A stretch of 63,528 nucleotides of DNA, filler included, from 6 parts of 6 records of this genome joined end to end with filler, not necessarily neighbours in it, one strand, 5' to 3'; positions 41,100 through 53,363 are shown, counted from the whole stretch's first letter. Notes: generated from the letters alone by a model not told the origin. Translations and numbers: made by a program.

Positions 41100-41326
41100 C
41101 TGTCGAGGAGTGGACCGACCACAATCCATGTCTTTTTGCGCGTAACGATCCCACTGCGACCGGTCGTTTTGTACCCATACGAGCGTAGGTCGACTGCAGC
41201 CCTCCGCGCAAGAGGCCGTTCCAACTCGACGAAAAAAGCGCAACCGACTGGCGTACATTTTCCACGCAATCTCCACGGTCCTGACGTTCCGAGTGACCTG
41301 CGAAGCACGTCCGGAACACGAGCACA

Positions 41327-42334
41327 ATGAGCAATGCAAATATGAAGATCAAAGCGTCGAAGGGTACGTCCTCGCGCCGTTCGCTCCTCGATCACGTCCC
41401 TGCCCAATCCGGGCGGGGGAGCGTCGACGTCGACACCGGCGAAACAGAGGCGGGGCACCGACTGAACCGCCTCCTCACTCCCGCGAACGCCCGTAATCAC
41501 GCAGACTACGAGATCATCGAGGTCAACGGGTTCCAAATCAAGCGGAAAAAGCCCAAGACATCGGAAGGCAGTGTGCCTGCAACAGCCGCAGCCAACTCGT
41601 ACGCGACGCCGCCTTTCACCAAGCTCGACGGCAATAAGCACACAGTTGCAACCCCACAGCGGACTCCGAATGTCGAGGAATACGAAATCTCGGCCGAGCT
41701 GTACAACCGGCTAACCGAGGCGCTGCACGACGATCTGACTGACGTATCCAGACTGTTGGCAGTCTGCAGCAGCGTGTGCGCGGCAGAGCTCGACGAGGTG
41801 AACAAGAGCGGCAGTGAGCGAGTATCGAGCGCATTAGAGACGGTATTTGGAAACTTTATGGATGGTGTCGCGGCGGCCCTGGACAACGAGTCGATTCAGA
41901 TGGCCCCTGCCGTTGACGAGTTCGGGGGGGACGATTTCAAGGTGGACATTGCCTCGAGGAAGTTGGGCCTGCAGCGGCGTCTGGAAGTGCTGCAAAAGGA
42001 GGAACAAGAGTGGGGCGAGCTACTGGCCAAGGTGGACGCGATTGACCTGTCGGTGGAGGTGGTGGCGGACGAGGCTGGTGCGTCGGGGCGGGTCAACACG
42101 GATCTCGCGGCCGACGAGATCCGTGGACTTCATCTGCTGCAAGAGTCGATGCAGAAACAAGTTACAGCTCAGGTGGAAGGTGTGTCGCTCGTCATCGGCA
42201 ACATCGAAGATCTGATAGACAAGGCCAACGCCAAGGCGCAGGACGCCCAGAAAACGCTGCACTCGCGGCGATACAAGGAATACCAGAACGTCAGTTCGCC
42301 AAAGCGCCTAATCAAGGCCATTGTCCGGAAATAG
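41327..42334 (+). CDS. coiled-coil protein, possibly kinetochore Mis12-complex subunit Dsn1/Mis13-like
   Basis: RRS motif, GFQIKRK motif, L....RL..V helix, LQKEEQEW..LL coiled coil and C-terminal SPK.LIK. Family call is pattern-based. Confidence 0.4.
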   Translation: MSNANMKIKASKGTSSRRSLLDHVPAQSGRGSVDVDTGETEAGHRLNRLLTPANARNHADYEIIEVNGFQIKRKKPKTSEGSVPATAAANSYATPPFTKLDGNKHTVATPQRTPNVEEYEISAELYNRLTEALHDDLTDVSRLLAVCSSVCAAELDEVNKSGSERVSSALETVFGNFMDGVAAALDNESIQMAPAVDEFGGDDFKVDIASRKLGLQRRLEVLQKEEQEWGELLAKVDAIDLSVEVVADEAGASGRVNTDLAADEIRGLHLLQESMQKQVTAQVEGVSLVIGNIEDLIDKANAKAQDAQKTLHSRRYKEYQNVSSPKRLIKAIVRK

Positions 42335-42441
42335 GCCATAAAAGTGCCGTCATGGTGAGAATGATACATCGCGTAATGAGCTAATTACGAAGAAGAGAGT
42401 AAAAACGGTTCAGAGTGCAACCATCGACCGCTTGTCGACAG

Positions 42442-44417
<1,976 letters not shown>

Positions 44418-44700
44418 GCTTTCGTACTACGTAAACTGTTATATGAATGTGGGAATGCGCATTGTCCCTATCACCTGGACAGGGGCGAGCATGGGCACTT
44501 TGACGTAGCAAGCCTACCATGGGGAGGGCCTCCCACCAACGCCGCTGTTGATAGGTCGAGGTGACCCACCTGGGAACACCCGCCCGATCGGGCTCGCGAG
44601 CCGTCGACCAAAATGGATAACGATTGGGATGGATAACGTGGCCCTCTGGCAGCGCAAACTTTGAAAATAGACTTGGTCGGTCACATTGCCAACAGAAACA

Positions 44701-45297
44701 ATGATCGTAACCTCCGCGAAGACTTGCGTCGCCCCAGTGGCCACGTCGCGCGTTGGCGGGATCCGTGCTGCAGGCACCAAGAGCACCATGCGCCCGTCTC
44801 TCGCGCGGGTCACGCTGTCTCGCCGGGCGTCTGCCGTGGCCGTCAGCGCGGGGAAGAAGGCGCCGGAAATGCCGCCCATCGTGAGCCCGACGGACGGGAC
44901 ACCCGAGTGGTTTGCTTGTGTTGCCTGCGCCGACTTTTACTTCAACGATATCCAGAACGAGGCGCTGGCCGAGCAGCTGAGGGAGCTCCGCAGGTACTAC
45001 GAGGAGCAGGAAAGGGAGGTTGATTTCTTCTTCGTGTGCGAGCCGGAGTGGCTGAATAAGTTCCCGCAGGCAAAGGCAGTGAGAAAGCCGGCGGTGGCAC
45101 TAGTGTCCACGGATAAGACGTGGATCACGTTCATGAAGTTGAGATTGGATCGTGTTTTGAAGCTGGACGTGGGCCCTATGTCTATTGACGAGGCCACCAA
45201 GTCGACTGCGGAGATCCCGGAGTACAAGGACAGCACGTGGCGCGCGCCGTACACACCGTACTCCAAGGGATGGTGGGAGGTCTTTATGAGGAAGTAG
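44701..45297 (+). CDS. YCF54: YCF54 (Mg-protoporphyrin IX monomethyl ester cyclase auxiliary protein) with transit peptide
   Basis: E.LAEQLRE.RRYY....DFFFVCEP.WL and PAVALVSTD.TWITFMKLRLDRV motifs; Ser/Arg/Ala-rich leader from ATG at 44701. Confidence 0.88.
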   Translation: MIVTSAKTCVAPVATSRVGGIRAAGTKSTMRPSLARVTLSRRASAVAVSAGKKAPEMPPIVSPTDGTPEWFACVACADFYFNDIQNEALAEQLRELRRYYEEQEREVDFFFVCEPEWLNKFPQAKAVRKPAVALVSTDKTWITFMKLRLDRVLKLDVGPMSIDEATKSTAEIPEYKDSTWRAPYTPYSKGWWEVFMRK

Positions 45298-45375
45298 CGG
45301 GTGGATGGAGCCAAACAAATTAAATTAACTGACCAAATCAATCTACCATGTATATCATGTTGCAATCGATCATCA

Positions 45376-46179
45376 TTATTCAGGGCTCGGAGTGCCCGCA
45401 CCGTCTTCGAGTGCAACACAGAGTTTGTCACACCACGTCCCGATCCAAGCCTGATCCAGGATGGTGAAGCTGCGTTGGGTGGCTGTGCCAAGGACGACAA
45501 CGCCATCTGGGTGGAGCGGCTGGACGTGGACGGACTGGGTATTGCTCGGAAGGTACGCCAGAAACTCAAAGCGGCCCGGAAACAGGGCGAGGTTGGCCAG
45601 GGAACGAGGCACGTTTCTCTCCTGGCTATCCCGACATAGGCTTCCTATTTGTGCCCTGTCCGTGAAATTTCGACGTTTGTACCCTAGATGCGCGATGCAT
45701 TGCCCCCGCCAGAAGACGACCATCATGTCCGTTCTGGTGGCGGCACGCACCGCGTCCCACATGGCCCGGATTTCCCGTTCTGCGGGGGTGTTTTTCGTGT
45801 CATCTCCCATGTAGTCTACGGAAACTCCGTCGAGATCGACGACGGTTGGTGCCTTGGGCTTGAGAGAGAGCCACTGCAGGCCTGTAAGGCCGAGGACAGC
45901 GGCGACGAGGACGGCCGCAACGTCCGCTCGGGACTGGGCGGAGCTCGCAACGAGCGTTGGGGTGGCCCCATCCACAAGCCTGTTCCCGACGACGGCCGCG
46001 ACCCCCATGGCGGAGGAGGCGAGCGGGAGGAGGCGCAAGCGCTCGGCCTGTTCTTGGTCGAGTGCCCGAATGTGTGTGGCTCGTCGCGCGGCTCCCCGTG
46101 TGGGGCGACGTGCGACCTTTTTGAAATGAACAGTACCGAGAGTGGCCTCGGCTGCCGCCATATCGGCGCAGATGGCCAT
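45376..46179 (-). CDS. cofactor assembly of complex C subunit B (CCB2/CCB4 family, CCB4-like)
   Basis: LR.LPL...NRL...ASSAQSRAD...LTGLQW and LANLALFPGR.EF.YLP.NTQSV.VQP...R.FT..DQ.WI motifs. Start is ATG 46179 or 46161. Confidence 0.8.
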   Translation of the reverse strand: MAICADMAAAEATLGTVHFKKVARRPTRGAARRATHIRALDQEQAERLRLLPLASSAMGVAAVVGNRLVDGATPTLVASSAQSRADVAAVLVAAVLGLTGLQWLSLKPKAPTVVDLDGVSVDYMGDDTKNTPAEREIRAMWDAVRAATRTDMMVVFWRGQCIAHLGYKRRNFTDRAQIGSLCRDSQERNVPRSLANLALFPGRFEFLAYLPSNTQSVHVQPLHPDGVVVLGTATQRSFTILDQAWIGTWCDKLCVALEDGAGTPSPE

Positions 46180-46221
46180 TGCGAGACACAGGCTTTCAAA
46201 CCAAACAAATCGCTTATAAAT

Positions 46222-47079
46222 ATGACGTGCCACATGGCGATACCAGCGTTGCATCGGGGGCATGTGTCACGTACGTCATTGACGGTGCCATGCGCGAGGC
46301 TCACGGTTTGCATGCCGTCCCTGGCGAGCACCAGCGGACGGGAGGCCGCACCAAAGGTTCGGCTGCTGAGCCGTGACGACTTCGTGGAGGCTGACAACCA
46401 ATGGATTCGTGCTGCGTCGTATCTGCGGGCGCACTCGTTCGGAATATATCCCGAGGATAGAAGCGAGTACGCCAAGCGAGCCCATCTGCTGATCTCGGCG
46501 AAGGACGCCCTCGAGCAGATGCAGTGCGGTCTCTGTCTTGGCGTCTCCCAGGGGTCGTCTGCAGTAAAGGTGTCGACCCCATCGAAGGAAGTAGCTTTCT
46601 TTCCAGTGATCGCGTCGTTGAGAAGAAGTGATATTTCAGCAGGCCATCTGCACGGCGACGACGACTTGGCGGCCATTGAAGCAGTCGTCTCAGGCGGGGT
46701 TCATGTCCACATCCCGAGCAAGGATCCCGATCAGACTGAATATGTCTGCGGGACGCTGGACATAACGGTCGGGAACAAACTTCCCAGCGAGGAACTCGTG
46801 GGGAAGCTGGGAGAAAGGGACAATCGCGCGTATCTGAGCAACGTCTGTGTCCTGGCATCGTTGCGGAAACGTGGTGTAGCCCGTGCCATGATCGAGAGTG
46901 CGTGTGCGCACGCAAGCAAACTTGATGTCAAGCACATGTATGTGCACGTGGTGGAGGACAATGTGGCGGCGCAGAAGCTTTACGAGAAGTGTGGGTTCGC
47001 TGTGGAGCAAAAGGAGCTAGTAAACGTCGCGCGCGGGCTGAACAGGCCTCCAAGATTGCTCCTTCACAGGAAGTTATGA
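46222..47079 (+). CDS. GNAT acetyltransferase, probably plastid-targeted
   Basis: AYLSNVCV...RKRGVARAM acetyl-CoA motif and HV..DN.AAQKLYEKCGF. Start is ATG 46222 or 46234; the longer track ORF overlaps CCB4. Confidence 0.85.
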   Translation: MTCHMAIPALHRGHVSRTSLTVPCARLTVCMPSLASTSGREAAPKVRLLSRDDFVEADNQWIRAASYLRAHSFGIYPEDRSEYAKRAHLLISAKDALEQMQCGLCLGVSQGSSAVKVSTPSKEVAFFPVIASLRRSDISAGHLHGDDDLAAIEAVVSGGVHVHIPSKDPDQTEYVCGTLDITVGNKLPSEELVGKLGERDNRAYLSNVCVLASLRKRGVARAMIESACAHASKLDVKHMYVHVVEDNVAAQKLYEKCGFAVEQKELVNVARGLNRPPRLLLHRKL

Positions 47080-47164
47080 TTCCAAGTTGTAGGCGGCACG
47101 AGACGTGATCAATCCTTCGTGGGCGACGCCCACGGCCCACGGCCCACCCCCTGCGCCTGTCCCG

Positions 47165-47264
47165 NNNNNNNNNNNNNNNNNNNNNNNNNNNNNNNNNNNN
47201 NNNNNNNNTTAATTAATTAANNNNNNNNNNNNNNNNNNNNNNNNNNNNNNNNNNNNNNNNNNNN
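47165..47264. other. artificial contig linker
   Basis: N44-TTAATTAATTAA-N44. Confidence 0.98.
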
Positions 47265-47427
47265 GGTAACTAACAATCCAGATCAAAATTTACAGCTTTC
47301 CACACGCAATGTTTCCTATGTTGGAGTGACCACCAGTGAGTCTTTGAATACATATGACACACTCAAATACGATCGCATCATCATCACAAGAGACGCGTTC
47401 AGTGGACTGCAATCAAGACTCAGCTAA
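47265..47427 (+). CDS. rplD: 50S ribosomal protein L4, C-terminal fragment
   Basis: Manual translation ...NLQLSTRNV...SLNTYDTLKYDRIIITRDAF; lies directly before rplW. Confidence 0.88.
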
Positions 47428-47438
47428 TTTTTCTGACA

Positions 47439-47720
47439 ATGAACGCTTACGATATAATTAAAACAGTCAGAGTGACAGAAAAGGGGACTGAACAGTCACA
47501 CGATTACAATCAGTACACGGTAGTGGCCAATCCTCGCGCCAACAAATTTCAGATCCGGGCTGCCGTGGAAGAATTGTTCAAAGTCAAAGTTGTTCGAGTA
47601 AACACCTTGAACGTACATGGCAAGAAGCGGCGTCAGCGCACCAAACAAGCAGGGCGTGCTGCGAATTGGAAAAAAGCCATGGTCACACTGAAAAGTGGTG
47701 ACAAAATTGAATTAACTTAA
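47439..47720 (+). CDS. rplW: 50S ribosomal protein L23
   Basis: TEK, ANKFQIRAAVEELF and WKKAMVTL motifs; S10 operon order. Confidence 0.96.
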   Translation: MNAYDIIKTVRVTEKGTEQSHDYNQYTVVANPRANKFQIRAAVEELFKVKVVRVNTLNVHGKKRRQRTKQAGRAANWKKAMVTLKSGDKIELT

Positions 47721-47734
47721 TCGGAATAGAACCT

Positions 47735-48589
47735 ATGCCAGTTAAAACATTTAGACCATTAACTCCTGGTCGCCGATTCCTGACAGTTTCAGATTTTTCT
47801 AACATTACGAAGAAAAAGCCTGAAAAGAAACTAGTCAAGACCAAGAAGAAAACCGGTGGACGCAATTGTTACGGAAGGATCACCGCTCGTGCAATTGGAG
47901 GAGGTCACAAGCAAAAAATCCGTACGGTAGATTTTCGCCGCAACAAACATGGTGTCGAGGCCGAAGTCATCGCGATTGAATACGATCCAATGCGTTCGGC
48001 ACGTCTCGCGCTTTTGCAATATTCAGATGGTGAGAAACGATATATCGTTGCACCTGTAGGAATGGAAATTGGAACCAAACTGATGAGTGGCCCAGAAGCC
48101 CCAGCAGAAGTAGGTAATTCAATGCCGCTGGGTAGCATTCCTGTAGCCACACCGGTACATAATATTGAGTTGATACCAGGACGTGGAGGGCAAATTGCCC
48201 GCACTGCCGGTAGTTTTGCAACTCTGATGTCACGTGACGGTGATTATGCGCAGATTAAAATGCCATCCGGCGAAATACGGCGTATCCACTGCAAATGCCA
48301 AGCGACCATAGGGCAAGTGGGTAACACAGATCACGAAAAAATCATTATCGGCAAAGCTGGTCGTAATCGTCACCTTGGTAGGCGTCCAATGACTCGCGGT
48401 CTTGTTCGCAACCCTGTTGATCACCCCAATGGTGGTGGTAACGGGAAATCCAAAGGCGGCGGTGGGCGTCAACATTTGGTCTCACCCTGGGGCTTGTTAG
48501 CTAAAGGTTATAAAACCCGTAACAAGCATAAAACATCCAATAAATTCATTCTGGTTCGCCGCGACGGTCGACCCAATAAGCTCAAGTAA
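47735..48589 (+). CDS. rplB: 50S ribosomal protein L2
   Basis: GGGHK, IEYDP.RSA and NPVDHPNGGG motifs. Confidence 0.98.
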   Translation: MPVKTFRPLTPGRRFLTVSDFSNITKKKPEKKLVKTKKKTGGRNCYGRITARAIGGGHKQKIRTVDFRRNKHGVEAEVIAIEYDPMRSARLALLQYSDGEKRYIVAPVGMEIGTKLMSGPEAPAEVGNSMPLGSIPVATPVHNIELIPGRGGQIARTAGSFATLMSRDGDYAQIKMPSGEIRRIHCKCQATIGQVGNTDHEKIIIGKAGRNRHLGRRPMTRGLVRNPVDHPNGGGNGKSKGGGGRQHLVSPWGLLAKGYKTRNKHKTSNKFILVRRDGRPNKLK

Positions 48590-48599
48590 TTTCTGACCT

Positions 48600-48878
48600 A
48601 TGTCACGTTCAATTAAAAAGGGGTTTTTTGTAGATGAGAGTCTTCAAAGAAAAATCGACAAGATGAATGAAAGTGGGAAAAAGCGTCCCATCAAAACTTG
48701 GTCTCGTCGATCGACTGTCACTCCCGAACTTGTAGGGAACACCGTGAATGTTCACAATGGCAAAGTATTCATCACTGTTTTTATCACTGAAAACATGGTG
48801 GGGCACAAATTGGGAGAATTCGCACTGACACGAACATTCAAAGGCCATGGTGCACATACTGCCAAGGTGACTAAATAA
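48600..48878 (+). CDS. rpsS: 30S ribosomal protein S19
   Basis: KTWSRRS and MVGHKLGEF motifs. Confidence 0.98.
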   Translation: MSRSIKKGFFVDESLQRKIDKMNESGKKRPIKTWSRRSTVTPELVGNTVNVHNGKVFITVFITENMVGHKLGEFALTRTFKGHGAHTAKVTK

Positions 48879-48882
48879 TAGT

Positions 48883-49218
48883 ATGGAAGTTCAAGCCATT
48901 ACAAAAAACGTCCGGATGTCTGCACAAAAAATGCGGGAAGTCGTCCGCCAGATTCAAGGAATGAATGCACTTCAAGCAGTTGCTGTTTTAGGAGCTGTTC
49001 CACGAAAATCTGCACGTGTTGTAGCAAAGACACTTAAAAGTGCCATTGCCAACGCAGAACATAACAATAATGCACGACCTGAATCACTCGTTGTCAAAAT
49101 GGCAGTTGCCGGTCACGGACCTGTCATGAAACGTTTTATTCCGAAAGCACGCGGATCTGCTGGTCCTATCCTTAAACGTTCGTGCCACGTAAAAATAGTC
49201 GTCTCTGATCTTAGCTAA
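48883..49218 (+). CDS. rplV: 50S ribosomal protein L22
   Basis: LKSAIANAEHN and KRFIPKARG motifs. Confidence 0.97.
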   Translation: MEVQAITKNVRMSAQKMREVVRQIQGMNALQAVAVLGAVPRKSARVVAKTLKSAIANAEHNNNARPESLVVKMAVAGHGPVMKRFIPKARGSAGPILKRSCHVKIVVSDLS

Positions 49219-49227
49219 TCTGTAATT

Positions 49228-49893
49228 ATGGGACAAAAAGCCAATCCAATCGGTTTAAGAATCGCCCTCAATCGTGACTGGCGATCCAAATGGTTCTCTG
49301 ACAAGAAACACTTCGGAGAATTGCTGGCGGAGGATCATCAGATCCGTTCGTTTTTAAAGAGAAAACTAGAAACGGCCGCCGTGCCTCGAATTCAGATCGA
49401 ACGCGCAGCGTCTCGCTGTCGAGTGACTATCCACACTGCACGACCTGGTGTTGTGATCGGTCGCAAAGGAGCTGAAATCGATAAAATCAAGGAGCAACTC
49501 AGCTTGATGACCGGCAAAGAAGTTTACGTCGATATTCAGGAAGTTAAAAACCCTGAACTCAACGCACAACTTGTTGCCGAGAATATCTCACTACAACTCG
49601 AACGTCGCGTATCTTTTCGCCGTGCGATGAAAAAAGCACTCCAAACCACCATGGACTTTGGCGCAGACGGAATTCGTATTCGTTGCGCTGGTCGTCTTGG
49701 TGGTGCAGAACTCGCCAGAGTCGAATCATACAATCAAGGTCGAGTTCCACTGCACACCCTGAGAGCGAACATTGATTATGGATTCTCAGAAGCGAAAACT
49801 TTATACGGAATTTTGGGAGTGAAGTGTTGGATTTGTAAGGGAGATATCAAACTTGATAAACCTGAGCGCCCTGCTTACACGGAATCCGTCTAA
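49228..49893 (+). CDS. rpsC: 30S ribosomal protein S3
   Basis: [21 protein letters not shown] and [10 protein letters not shown] motifs. Confidence 0.98.
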   Translation: MGQKANPIGLRIALNRDWRSKWFSDKKHFGELLAEDHQIRSFLKRKLETAAVPRIQIERAASRCRVTIHTARPGVVIGRKGAEIDKIKEQLSLMTGKEVYVDIQEVKNPELNAQLVAENISLQLERRVSFRRAMKKALQTTMDFGADGIRIRCAGRLGGAELARVESYNQGRVPLHTLRANIDYGFSEAKTLYGILGVKCWICKGDIKLDKPERPAYTESV

Positions 49894-49927
49894 CAAATTT
49901 TTATTAATTATTAAGAAAGGTTAAATT

Positions 49928-50347
49928 ATGCCATTGATGCCATCTAGGGTAAAATACAGGCGCATGCATCGCGGCAATCGTGCCGGTCTGGCACGTAGGG
50001 GGGAAACCGTCGCCTTCGGCGAGTTTGGTCTCCAAGCCCTTGAGCGTTGCTGGTTGAATAACAAAGTGATCGAAGCTGCTCGTGTTGCCATCACCCGTAA
50101 CATGAAACGACGCGGGAAGGTCTGGATTCGAGTTTTTCCAGATAAAACATTCACCAAAAAACCACTCGAAGTGCGAATGGGAAAAGGTAAGGGGCCTGTA
50201 GCGGGGTGGGTAGCTGTTATCCGTCCAGCCAACATCCTTTTTGAATTGGATGGAGTTCCTGAAAGTGTAGCACGTGAATCCCTCCGTTTGGCAGCCTCAA
50301 AATTGCCGATCCGAACTAAATTTATTTCAAGACACAAGTTAGGTTGA
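49928..50347 (+). CDS. rplP: 50S ribosomal protein L16
   Basis: IEAARVA and RMGKGKG motifs. Confidence 0.98.
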   Translation: MPLMPSRVKYRRMHRGNRAGLARRGETVAFGEFGLQALERCWLNNKVIEAARVAITRNMKRRGKVWIRVFPDKTFTKKPLEVRMGKGKGPVAGWVAVIRPANILFELDGVPESVARESLRLAASKLPIRTKFISRHKLG

Positions 50348-50351
50348 TCAT

Positions 50352-50561
50352 ATGGCTGTAAAATTCTCAGAAGTCGTTGAACTGTCTCAGGCCGAATTGG
50401 TCGCCAAGGGGCGGGAAATGCGACAGGAACTTTTTAATCTAAAACTCCAGAAGGCTAGTAGCCAACTGGAAAAACCCTCGCGCTTACGGGATCTCAGGCG
50501 AGGTATCGCTAGAGTCGAAACGCAGTTGTCCGTTTTGCGCCAGCAAGCCGACGCCAAGTAA
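50352..50561 (+). CDS. rpmC: 50S ribosomal protein L29
   Basis: ELFNLK and RRGIARVET motifs; operon position. Confidence 0.95.
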   Translation: MAVKFSEVVELSQAELVAKGREMRQELFNLKLQKASSQLEKPSRLRDLRRGIARVETQLSVLRQQADAK

Positions 50562-50575
50562 TTATATTTCAAATC

Positions 50576-50848
50576 ATGTCTGAAGAGCAAACAACACGCG
50601 GGCATCGCAAACTTCGCATCGGCGAGGTTATCTCTGACAAGATGGAAAAAACCATCGTTGTAAGAGTACGACGCCGTATCACTCATCCTAGATTTAAAAA
50701 GATCGTGACCGTATTCAGCAAGTGCTATGCACATGATGAAAAGAGCCAAGCCAAGGTAGGAGATCAGGTCAGGATTCAGGAAACAAGGCCACTGTCAAAA
50801 AGCAAATGCTGGCGGCTGGTTGAAATAACCCATCAAGCTGAAGTCTAA
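50576..50848 (+). CDS. rpsQ: 30S ribosomal protein S17
   Basis: SDKMEKTIVV, AHDE and ETRPLSKSK motifs. Confidence 0.97.
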   Translation: MSEEQTTRGHRKLRIGEVISDKMEKTIVVRVRRRITHPRFKKIVTVFSKCYAHDEKSQAKVGDQVRIQETRPLSKSKCWRLVEITHQAEV

Positions 50849-50866
50849 ATCGTTTAGGAGTTAAAT

Positions 50867-51232
50867 ATGTTACAATTACGTTCAGTTTTAAACGTGGCAG
50901 ACAACACGGGTGCCAAAAAGGCTTCCGCCATTGCTGCGTTGGGTAAAACACAGCGCTACGCCAAAATCGGTGATGTGCTGAAGGTGCACATCAAGGAAGC
51001 TGCACCAGACGGATCTGTCAAAAAAGGCGACGTGGTTAATGCTGTTGTAGTGAGAACCCGTAAAGCCATTCACCGCGCCGATGGGTCGGTCTTAAGATTT
51101 GACAGCAATGCCGTTGTGATCATTGACAAAGACAAAAACCCTAAAGGGACACGTATTTTCGGTCCAGTTGCTCGCGAACTACGTGAGAAGCGCTTCATGA
51201 AAATCGTTTCATTGGCCCCAGAAGTTATTTAA
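50867..51232 (+). CDS. rplN: 50S ribosomal protein L14
   Basis: VADNTGAK and [13 protein letters not shown] motifs. Confidence 0.98.
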   Translation: MLQLRSVLNVADNTGAKKASAIAALGKTQRYAKIGDVLKVHIKEAAPDGSVKKGDVVNAVVVRTRKAIHRADGSVLRFDSNAVVIIDKDKNPKGTRIFGPVARELREKRFMKIVSLAPEVI

Positions 51233-51238
51233 ATCATC

Positions 51239-51496
51239 ATGCCCACAAAATTTCATGTCAAACGAGGCGACGAGGTGGTCGTCATAGCGGGAGCAGAAAA
51301 AGGTAAACGAGGGAAAATTATTCAGGTCGTACCGAAAAAAGAGCGCGTGATTGTTGAAGGTATCAATATCATCAAAAAACATGTTAAACGCAATCAACAA
51401 CATCCTGAAGGAACGATTCTTGAGCGCGAAGCTGCAATTCACATCTCAAATGTGATGAAGTCAGAACGCTATGATGCCAAACGCGAGACTGCCTGA
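51239..51496 (+). CDS. rplX: 50S ribosomal protein L24 (short form)
   Basis: KOW motif [12 protein letters not shown] and EAAIHISNV. Confidence 0.95.
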   Translation: MPTKFHVKRGDEVVVIAGAEKGKRGKIIQVVPKKERVIVEGINIIKKHVKRNQQHPEGTILEREAAIHISNVMKSERYDAKRETA

Positions 51497-51519
51497 TACG
51501 ATCAACCCACAAAGGTTAT

Positions 51520-52059
51520 ATGAAACCGAGACTTTTTGATAAATACGTAAAAGAAATTCGTCCGCAACTGTTGAAGGATGGGAAGTTTTCCAATGTTCAT
51601 CAGGTGCCCGCCATCAACAAGATAGTCATTAACATGGGTGTCAGTGGAATGGTTGAAAAAGGTGCACTTGAAAACGCCGCGGCAGACTTAACAACAATTA
51701 CAGGCCGCAAACCCGTTTATTGTCTTGCTAGAAAAAGTGTTTCTAACTTTAAACTAAGACAAGGCCAGGCCATTGGGTGCAAAGTAACACTTCGAAGAAC
51801 CACCATGTGGGAATTCTTTGATCGTTTAGTGACTGCAGCATTGCCTCGAATTCGAGATTTCCGCGGTATCTCAAAAAAAGCCTTTGATGGAAGAGGTAAT
51901 TATTCACTCGGAATCAATGATCAAAGCATTTTCCCTGAAATAGAATTGGACAAGGTAAAGCGACAACAGGGGATGGACATCACGATTGTCACATCTGCGG
52001 CGAACGATACAGACGCCCACGAGCTACTTACACTCATGGGGATGCCTTTCACCAAGTAA
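51520..52059 (+). CDS. rplE: 50S ribosomal protein L5
   Basis: LPRIRDFRG and FDGRGNY motifs. Confidence 0.98.
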   Translation: MKPRLFDKYVKEIRPQLLKDGKFSNVHQVPAINKIVINMGVSGMVEKGALENAAADLTTITGRKPVYCLARKSVSNFKLRQGQAIGCKVTLRRTTMWEFFDRLVTAALPRIRDFRGISKKAFDGRGNYSLGINDQSIFPEIELDKVKRQQGMDITIVTSAANDTDAHELLTLMGMPFTK

Positions 52060-52091
52060 ACTGACTTTAAGAATCAAAACCAGAATATCCT

Positions 52092-52361
52092 ATGGCAAAA
52101 TCTGCTTGGAAAGAACGTAACAAAAAAAAGCAACGTGTGGTTGAAAAGTACGCGGAATTAAGATCTGAATTACGTGCAAAACGTGATTACGCAGGCTTAA
52201 CAAAGTTACCCCGCAATGCCAGCCCCACGCGTGTCGTAAACCGTTGTAAGATCTCAGGTCGTCGTCACGGTTACTTCCGTAAGTTCGGGGTATCACGATT
52301 AACTTTTCGTGAAATGGCCCTGCATGGACTGATTCCGGGTATTACAAAAGCCAGCTGGTAA
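52092..52361 (+). CDS. rpsN: 30S ribosomal protein S14, 89-aa form without the zinc ribbon
   Basis: [15 protein letters not shown] and KASW motifs; only one Cys. Confidence 0.96.
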   Translation: MAKSAWKERNKKKQRVVEKYAELRSELRAKRDYAGLTKLPRNASPTRVVNRCKISGRRHGYFRKFGVSRLTFREMALHGLIPGITKASW

Positions 52362-52376
52362 AGAAAATTTGATAAT

Positions 52377-52760
52377 ATGGATCCTATAGCTGACATGCTG
52401 ACTATCTTGCGTAACGCTAACGCAGCACTCCTGCCCCAAGTAGAGTTACGTCATTCCAAAGTCAAAGAAAGTATCGCTGACATCTTGAAAAAAGAAGGTT
52501 TTATCACTGACTATCAAGTGTCTGGCGACAATATCAAAAAATTGCAGATTGCATTGAAATACAACGGACGTGTTGGTGTTTTTGCTGGCTTGAAAAAAGT
52601 GAGTAAACCAGGCCTAAGACGCTATGTTGGATCTGCCGAAGTGCCCAAAGTTCTTGGGGGTATGGGAATCTCTATCGTATCAACCTCTCGTGGTTTGATG
52701 ACAGGGACCCAAGCTCGCAGAGACAACGTCGGCGGTGAACTTCTATGCTACGTCTGGTAA
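52377..52760 (+). CDS. rpsH: 30S ribosomal protein S8
   Basis: DPIADML, SKPGLRRY and GGELLCYVW motifs. Confidence 0.97.
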   Translation: MDPIADMLTILRNANAALLPQVELRHSKVKESIADILKKEGFITDYQVSGDNIKKLQIALKYNGRVGVFAGLKKVSKPGLRRYVGSAEVPKVLGGMGISIVSTSRGLMTGTQARRDNVGGELLCYVW

Positions 52761-52783
52761 TTGAATCTTAAAGAAATTTTAAA

Positions 52784-53323
52784 ATGTCACGCATTGGTAA
52801 AATCCCGGTAATCATTCCGGACAAAGTTAAGGTTCAGGTAAAGAACCAGCATGTAGCAGTTGAAGGCCCTAACGGCAAATTAACTCTGGATGTACCCCAT
52901 TTGGCCACTGTCAAGGTTGATGATCAACAAATCCTTGTTTCGCGACCAAACGACAACAAGGAATCGAAAGCCATACATGGACTCGTACGCTCCTTGATCC
53001 AGAACATGGTGATTGGTGTAAGCAAAGGTTTCGTCAAGCAGCTTGAAATTCAGGGCGTTGGTTTCAAGGCTACGTTGGCCAACAAGAAAATCACACTGAA
53101 TCTAGGATATTCGCACGAAATCGTCTATCCAGTACCTGACACGATTGTTGTAACCCTCGAAGATGGTGGAACCAAGATTAAGATCGAGGGTCCGGATAAA
53201 CAGCTTGTTGGTAAAGTAGCTTCCGAAATCCGCAGTTTTTATCCTCCCGAACCTTACAAGGGCAAAGGCGTGCGTTACAGTGACGAGCAAGTCAAACGTA
53301 AAGAAGGTAAGACTGTTCAATAA
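52784..53323 (+). CDS. rplF: 50S ribosomal protein L6
   Basis: MSRIGK and PPEPYKGKG motifs. Confidence 0.98.
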   Translation: MSRIGKIPVIIPDKVKVQVKNQHVAVEGPNGKLTLDVPHLATVKVDDQQILVSRPNDNKESKAIHGLVRSLIQNMVIGVSKGFVKQLEIQGVGFKATLANKKITLNLGYSHEIVYPVPDTIVVTLEDGGTKIKIEGPDKQLVGKVASEIRSFYPPEPYKGKGVRYSDEQVKRKEGKTVQ

Positions 53324-53363
53324 TTTTGAATAATGCTCACGGCAAAATCCGTGAACCCAAAAA

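Noticed and set aside
45688-46221. Long N-terminal extension of the GNAT ORF overlapping CCB4 antisense
   Set aside because: Open only as the antisense shadow of CCB4; in-frame ATGs at 46222/46234 give a normal-sized protein.
47118-47150. GCCCACG tandem repeat and small hairpin at the algal contig end as a telomere or transposon end
   Set aside because: Only about three short units, not a telomeric motif; too little sequence to support a call.
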